In this document: positions 6,529 to 10,906 of the stretch, piece after piece | How positions within the stretch are numbered: the first letter of the stretch is position 1 | Layout of the letters: each line of letters begins with the position of its first letter | Assembly (NCBI GenBank): GCA_048882385.1 | Contig: JBHLRQ010000102.1 | Coordinates: 1 to 10,906 of the forward strand | DNA: 10,906 nt | Reading direction: 5' to 3' | Source: Candidatus Thorarchaeota archaeon | GTDB lineage: Archaea > Asgardarchaeota > Thorarchaeia > Thorarchaeales > Thorarchaeaceae | Notes under the pieces: generated by a model | Seen by the model: the letters and a program-made list of their open reading frames with translations, nothing else | The model's database searches: none | What the model was told of the DNA's origin: nothing | Made by a program: the position numbers and the translations under genes

Positions 6529-7665
6529 ATGGTCCGTCCACATCGTAGCCCCAAGGGTTTGTTCGATCCCTATTACGTGCCTAAGAAAATACTTCACCGC
6601 GATAGAGAACTTGAAACAGTGAATGGGATGTATCGTGATTCCGTCGAAGAGGAATACGGAGTCAATTGCTTGGTGCATGGAATTACTGGTGTTGGCATGA
6701 CTGTCTTCTCACGTTACTTCCTAACCAAGATTGTCCCTCAGCAGTTTGATGCTCATACAGTCTATGTTGATGCAAAGCACAAGGATACACTGGAGATTGT
6801 GTCAGAGCTTAATGACAAGATTCACAGGGAAACTAATAGGCCAATTACCGTAGCGTTTGATCTTGATGTCCTCTGGATGCAATTCAAGAGAACAGCATCA
6901 GCAACAGACAAGAAGACCGTCTTCGTTATTGACAATATTGACGAAATGAGTGAGGAAGTTTACACTAAAGTCGCAAGACTCTCCAAGGAGATTCGTGCAA
7001 GTACAATCGGTGTTCTCAATAGTCATGATTACAGGTTGCTTACCAAACTTCCTGCAACCCAGATGGCTTACGACTTTGAGATACCTCTTGATACGTACAC
7101 TCAATCACAACTCTATGACATTGTACGAATGAGGGTAGAGGACACATTTCCACTTGGTCTGACCGAGGAGGTTGTTCGTTACATCACTGATCTTGTTGTG
7201 GAGTTTGATGCCTCCAAGCCAAAGACTACGATTGAAGCTCTAAAGGCATTGTGGCCTCTGGCTTCAAGTGGTCAGGAGATAGATTCAGATGCAGTGCGGA
7301 ATGCAACCATGTCTATCACATCCTTTGCTCACGATAATGACTACATCGACCTGATTGAAACCATTTCGATGAATGATTTCATGACGCTCATGGTGCTTGA
7401 GGCAATGTGTGAACATTTGATGAGATACAAGACTGAAACATACATTGACCGTCACACCTTGGAAGAAGTCGTGGAAGTAAAGTGTGAAGAACTTGGAGTA
7501 AGATATGCACGCAACGATATCGACAAGAGTTTACAGACACTCATATTCCAATCTGTCGTCTTCGAGAGCGGATACTCCAGAAACCTTCTCTACGTCCTGG
7601 CACCACCTGAGATTATCTATGATGCAACACTTGGACTAAGACGTGAAATGGCACGTAGGAAGTAA
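6529..7665 (+). CDS. cdc6: Cdc6/Orc1-family AAA+ / winged-helix protein with degenerate ATPase motifs
   Basis: N-terminal LFDPYYVPKKILHRDREL matches the Cdc6 'YxPxxLxHRExE' signature; P-loop position HGITGVGMT; Walker B position FVIDNID; YTQSQLYDIVRMRV lid motif; C-terminal wHTH-like region (CEELGV...IDKSLQTL); 378 aa is a typical length. Confidence 0.85.
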   Translation: MVRPHRSPKGLFDPYYVPKKILHRDRELETVNGMYRDSVEEEYGVNCLVHGITGVGMTVFSRYFLTKIVPQQFDAHTVYVDAKHKDTLEIVSELNDKIHRETNRPITVAFDLDVLWMQFKRTASATDKKTVFVIDNIDEMSEEVYTKVARLSKEIRASTIGVLNSHDYRLLTKLPATQMAYDFEIPLDTYTQSQLYDIVRMRVEDTFPLGLTEEVVRYITDLVVEFDASKPKTTIEALKALWPLASSGQEIDSDAVRNATMSITSFAHDNDYIDLIETISMNDFMTLMVLEAMCEHLMRYKTETYIDRHTLEEVVEVKCEELGVRYARNDIDKSLQTLIFQSVVFESGYSRNLLYVLAPPEIIYDATLGLRREMARRK

Positions 7666-7703
7666 AAAGAATGGATATGGCCGGATATACCGGCCGCTCA
7701 TTC
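7664..7703. terminator. GC-rich hairpin between the convergent cdc6-like and gcvH genes
   Basis: GGCCGG-atata-CCGGCC (7679-7695) within an outer GAATG/CATTC stem (7669-7673/7699-7703); on the minus strand it is followed by TTCTTTTT. Confidence 0.65.
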
Positions 7704-7709
7704 CAAAGT

Positions 7710-8135
7710 CTATGCAGCTTTCTTCTCTGCAAATTCTTTCTTGACCCAATCTGCAAGCCCATCTGCGCCTTGGATATTCGCAAGGTCACCATCTAGATTG
7801 TCGGGTTCAAGAACAGCAACCCAGCCCGCTCCATAAGGATCTTCATTCAGAAGTCCTGGGTTGTCCTTTAGCGCATCGTTGACCTCAGCAATGACTCCGC
7901 CAACTGGAGCCTTGACTGGTCCAGTCCATTTACCTGATTCAAGAGTACCAATGCTGCGTCCTGCAGCAATAGCCTTTCCAGCAGGTCGAAGTCTTACGAA
8001 CTTGATTTTGCCTGCGAGGTCCATACCAAAGGTTGTGAATCCAATGCGAACCTTGCTGTTTTCCTTTTTCACCCAGATTTGGTCTTCTGTGTAGTATAAA
8101 TCATCGGGAAAGTCAAAACCCTCGTGTGTTACCAA
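7710..8135 (-). CDS. gcvH: Glycine cleavage system H protein / lipoyl-carrier protein
   Basis: PDDLYYTEDQIWV, RIGFT, LESGK lipoyl-Lys motif, APVGGVIAEVNDAL..NPGLLNEDPYGAGW; TTG start with strong SD AAGGTGA (8148-8142). Confidence 0.92.
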   Translation of the reverse strand: MVTHEGFDFPDDLYYTEDQIWVKKENSKVRIGFTTFGMDLAGKIKFVRLRPAGKAIAAGRSIGTLESGKWTGPVKAPVGGVIAEVNDALKDNPGLLNEDPYGAGWVAVLEPDNLDGDLANIQGADGLADWVKKEFAEKKAA

Positions 8136-8169
8136 ATGTAGTCACCTTAGACTGCGTGATAAAGAGAGC

Positions 8170-8177
8170 TACTTAAG
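8170..8177 (-). promoter_or_regulatory. TATA-like box CTTAAGTA for gcvH
   Basis: About 35 nt upstream of the TTG start, preceded by purine-rich GAGTAAATGT; the same octamer lies upstream of the Zn-ribbon gene (8451-8458). Confidence 0.45.
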
Positions 8178-8191
8178 ACATTTACTCTTTA

Positions 8192-8208
8192 TCCAAAAAA
8201 CGGAAAAA
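8192..8208 (-). terminator. Oligo-U archaeal terminator after the Zn-ribbon gene
   Basis: Minus strand reads ATTTTTCCGTTTTTT about 10 nt after the TAA stop. Confidence 0.5.
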
Positions 8209-8217
8209 TGCGGTGTT

Positions 8218-8421
8218 TTACTCTGAAGAATCACCGTTCATGATTCGCTTCAGATGGTCGAGCTCCTCAACATCAACTTCAACATAAACAGGACCAGAGT
8301 ATCCACAGTCTTCTTCTTCACAGAAATAAGTTGTTGGAACAAGCCAACCACTGACTGAGGTCTTTGCTTCACTGATTTTCGAAGATCCGCATTTTGGACA
8401 AACTCTGATTCTTCGTGCCAT
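8218..8421 (-). CDS. Small C4 zinc-ribbon protein
   Basis: CPKCGS...YFCEEEDCGYSGP knuckles with the GWL motif common in small archaeal Zn-ribbon proteins; ATG start, GGGAGGA and a CTTAAGTA box upstream. Confidence 0.8.
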   Translation of the reverse strand: MARRIRVCPKCGSSKISEAKTSVSGWLVPTTYFCEEEDCGYSGPVYVEVDVEELDHLKRIMNGDSSE

Positions 8422-8511
8422 GACTCAACGTCCTCCCGGCGCTGATAACATACTTAAGTTCGCTTTCCTTAAAACACTTATCGGAGTTCAAAACAGGTCT
8501 TTCCGCCTTCT

Positions 8512-8525
8512 GGGGGAGGTTATAT
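8512..8525 (+). promoter_or_regulatory. G-run plus TATA-like box (GGGGGAGGTTATAT) for the RadA-like gene
   Basis: TTATAT at 8520-8525, 33 nt upstream of ATG 8553; GGGGG at 8512-8516. Confidence 0.5.
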
Positions 8526-8552
8526 GACATCATCAGTCAACAAAGAGCTGAC

Positions 8553-9320
8553 ATGAAAACTCCAGCAACTCCCCTAGGCCACGGATTTCATACTGCAGAT
8601 GAGTTCAGGTCTTTGAGAGCAGAATCAGGAGTCAAAGCAATTGACAGTCTTCTTGAAGGGGGAATAGAATCAGGCCTAGTACACCTATTCTATGGGGACA
8701 AAGTGCTTCATGATGACTTCCATCGTTTTGCTGTTAAAGCTCAGATGTCCAAGAAGAAAGGAGGACTTGAGAGCCCAACAATAATAATTGATAGTGCTAA
8801 CATGATAAAGATACAAAAGCTGACTAAACTTTCTTTTGAGATTGGTCTTGAACCAGAGGTTGTAATGGACAACATCTACATTTCAAGGGCATTCAACTCT
8901 TCTCAGACATATGATTTGATAATGAACCAGATGGAGAGTTTTCTAGACAAAGTTCCTGCAAGAGTTCTGATGGTAACAGGTCTGCCTAACCTGTATCTTG
9001 AAGAGGGATTCAAAGGAGAAGGGATTCAAGAAATATCCCACATGGCTTCAAAAATTGCAGCAGTCACTCTTCGAAGGAGTTTGTTCACACTTGTATCAGC
9101 TCCAGCTTCAGCTAGGAGACCAAATCATCCAGAGGGAGGAAGGACATTGGCTACAACGGGACAGGTGCATATTCACGTCAACCAATCTTCCTCTAGGATT
9201 ACTTACACGCTGGCAAAGCACCCTCAATTTCCTGTAAGGCGAACTAACAGAATGAAGCCTGAACCATCGAGTACTACTCTTCCACTCTCGTACTTTCTAA
9301 GAGGGGAGGACAGAGAGTAA
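8553..9320 (+). CDS. RadA/Rad51-paralog-like RecA-fold protein lacking Walker motifs
   Basis: SGVKAIDSLLEGGIESGLVHLFYG resembles RadA TG..LD.LLGGGI..G.ITE.YG; GGLESPTIIIDS resembles GGL....YIDT; GLEPEVVMDNIYISRAFNSSQ resembles RadA GLDPEEVLDNIYVARAYNSDHQ; PEGGRTL resembles PIGGH.L. No N-terminal HhH domain. Confidence 0.82.
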   Translation: MKTPATPLGHGFHTADEFRSLRAESGVKAIDSLLEGGIESGLVHLFYGDKVLHDDFHRFAVKAQMSKKKGGLESPTIIIDSANMIKIQKLTKLSFEIGLEPEVVMDNIYISRAFNSSQTYDLIMNQMESFLDKVPARVLMVTGLPNLYLEEGFKGEGIQEISHMASKIAAVTLRRSLFTLVSAPASARRPNHPEGGRTLATTGQVHIHVNQSSSRITYTLAKHPQFPVRRTNRMKPEPSSTTLPLSYFLRGEDRE

Positions 9321-9331
9321 GGAAACTAGAT

Positions 9332-10906
9332 CTATTTCCTGAGCTTCTCTGCATCCAGACTTCTGATGAGTTCTTCGATAAGGTCTCGTGGCAGCTCCTT
9401 CGCTTGTTTTACGATGATATCAATCTCTGATGCTGGAACTCCCTTCTGCTGAAGCTCTTTTTGCAGTTCTTCAATCTCGAAGGGACTTAGCATATCACTG
9501 GAAAAGCTGAAATCTTCAATTGGAACTATAGGTTCTTCTGACGGAACCTCAGGCGCTTCCTCAGGTTCCTCTTCTTCTGCGAGGAAGACTCGTTCTACTG
9601 GTTCTTCAACTTCCTCATCTTCCTCTGGTTCAGTAAGGAATACACGCTCAACTTCAGGCTCAGCTTTCTCAGTCTTTTCGCCAGCTAATCTCCTATCAGC
9701 CTCTGCAGAAAGTTCATCAATAATCTCCTCAACGGTCTTGCCCTCGCGACGAGCAGCACGAATGGCTTCCTGCATAATGACCTCTTTCACGAAAGCAGCC
9801 TGCTCACTAAGCTTCATCTTTGCAATGTCAGCTTTAAACTCATCAAGTTCCTGCTGGTTAAGGTTGGTTAGAATAGATAGCTGTATGAGTAGCCCTCCGA
9901 GCTCCGGAACTTGCACTGGAATGGATTCTTCAGGCATCTGATCAGGAGTTCGAATGATACCAGTCTTCTCATACGTGTCATTGAATAAGTCTGAAACAAT
10001 ATCTTGTCGGCTCTTGATACCGCCTAAAGGCTTAGGCACTTTGCCCTTCCTAATGGTCTTGATTAGCCCATTTATCTGTCGTAGTCGCTTTGGAACACTC
10101 CAGACTCTAACATAGACTGCAATAACAAGTGCAAGGATTATTCCAATTGGTGCACCAAAGTAGAATACGGTTGTCATTGTTCTAGCAAATTCTGTCGGAT
10201 GTACATCAATTCGAAGAGTTATTGAGAGAGCTAGTGTATCTGTCTTACTAAGTACTAGGACAAGTTGGGAGCTTCCTTCGTCTGTTCCAATGAATGGGGA
10301 CGCAGCAAAGAATTCAATGACATAATGCCCTGGATTATTTGGATCTTCATAAGGAGTTCCAAATGATACCAACTCTATGAATGATAGCTGAGTGTCCAAG
10401 CTCAGGTTTGCGTTGGTAATCACTGCACCTTCTGCATGTCCAGCCCAATCATTGTTGTATCTCACAACAATGCTACCTGAGTCACCATATTGCAGGTCAA
10501 ATTGTGTAAATATGGGATTGGGATATGTATCAGGACCGATATTGATCTCTGTAATCGTGAATGAAGTCGGTAAGTCAATTATTCGAATCTTGATATTTCT
10601 CTCAGCGATTGAGTGATTTCCTATCCAAAACCTGAAAGTTAGTTCGTATGCAAACAGTCGAGGATCAGTTGTGGTATTAAGAAGCCAAACATCTGTGGAA
10701 TCAAAGATGAATCTGTAAGAACCATTCACTAACTCTTCAACAGAGAAATAAGTTGGAGGGCGAGTTGGTCCGAAAATATCACTCAGATTAAGTTGAGCAT
10801 TTGAAATCCCGCCAACATAGCCATCTGAATCATCTGTATCGTTATAGAAAAGAAGTATCTCCATTGATTCTCCTATTGGCACGATGTAATTATCGACACC
10901 AGATGA
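9332..10906 (-). CDS. Large single-pass membrane/surface protein, C-terminal part (5' end outside window)
   Basis: Frame stays open from 10882 to the window edge (SSGVDNYI upstream of the GTG). Beta-rich region with six NxS/T sequons, one TM helix (FYFGAPIGIILALVIAVYV), basic stop-transfer segment (PKRLRQ..KTIRKGK), helical region, Glu/Pro-rich linker and C-terminal helical domain. Confidence 0.85.
   Translation of the reverse strand, partial: SSGVDNYIVPIGESMEILLFYNDTDDSDGYVGGISNAQLNLSDIFGPTRPPTYFSVEELVNGSYRFIFDSTDVWLLNTTTDPRLFAYELTFRFWIGNHSIAERNIKIRIIDLPTSFTITEINIGPDTYPNPIFTQFDLQYGDSGSIVVRYNNDWAGHAEGAVITNANLSLDTQLSFIELVSFGTPYEDPNNPGHYVIEFFAASPFIGTDEGSSQLVLVLSKTDTLALSITLRIDVHPTEFARTMTTVFYFGAPIGIILALVIAVYVRVWSVPKRLRQINGLIKTIRKGKVPKPLGGIKSRQDIVSDLFNDTYEKTGIIRTPDQMPEESIPVQVPELGGLLIQLSILTNLNQQELDEFKADIAKMKLSEQAAFVKEVIMQEAIRAARREGKTVEEIIDELSAEADRRLAGEKTEKAEPEVERVFLTEPEEDEEVEEPVERVFLAEEEEPEEAPEVPSEEPIVPIEDFSFSSDMLSPFEIEELQKELQQKGVPASEIDIIVKQAKELPRDLIEELIRSLDAEKLRK

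Noticed and set aside
7669-7703. SECIS element / selenoprotein readthrough
   Set aside because: No in-frame TGA at a Cys-equivalent position in nearby genes, and the hairpin lacks the archaeal SECIS GAA/A internal-loop geometry; a terminator is the simpler explanation.
6529-9320. Pseudogene call for the cdc6-like and radA-like genes
   Set aside because: No frameshifts or internal stops, plausible lengths, structural motifs and promoters retained; the losses centre on catalytic residues.
9500-9680. DNA tandem repeat or CRISPR-like array in the TTC-rich stretch
   Set aside because: Explained by Glu/Pro-rich coding sequence on the minus strand; no fixed-length repeat-spacer structure.
74-10616. 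Overlapping alternative-frame and antisense ORFs (e.g. 74-289, 2277-2714, 3056-3409, 4646-5233, 5386-5664, 5931-6200, 6493-6678, 7861-8094, 9738-9941)
   Set aside because: They lie within or across well-supported genes, lack recognisable motifs and look like shadow ORFs.
1-10906. Mobile element, provirus or defence island
   Set aside because: No transposase, integrase, terminal inverted repeats, att/tRNA site or evident compositional break was seen.

Overview
Gene-dense archaeal chromosomal segment. The gene content, archaeal TATA/SD signals and a large single-pass membrane protein with an acidic tail suggest an Asgard (Thorarchaeia-like) origin; this is inference only. In order: BCP peroxiredoxin, a candidate C/D-box guide sRNA, a SagB/ThcOx-type FMN nitroreductase, NAD(P)-dependent malic enzyme, an abutting CCG/Fe-S protein + GlcD/Dld-type FAD oxidoreductase pair, a possible small membrane protein, a CbiX/SirB-type chelatase with a large insertion, a Cdc6/Orc1 paralog, GcvH, a small Zn-ribbon protein, a RadA/Rad51-like paralog, and the 3' part of a large surface/membrane protein gene that runs off the window. 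The most notable feature is two intact but apparently ATPase-dead DNA-transaction proteins within 3 kb (Orc1/Cdc6-like and RadA-like) whose upstream regions share motifs, a possible DNA-damage or replication regulatory module. No mobile elements, CRISPR arrays, tRNA or rRNA genes were seen.
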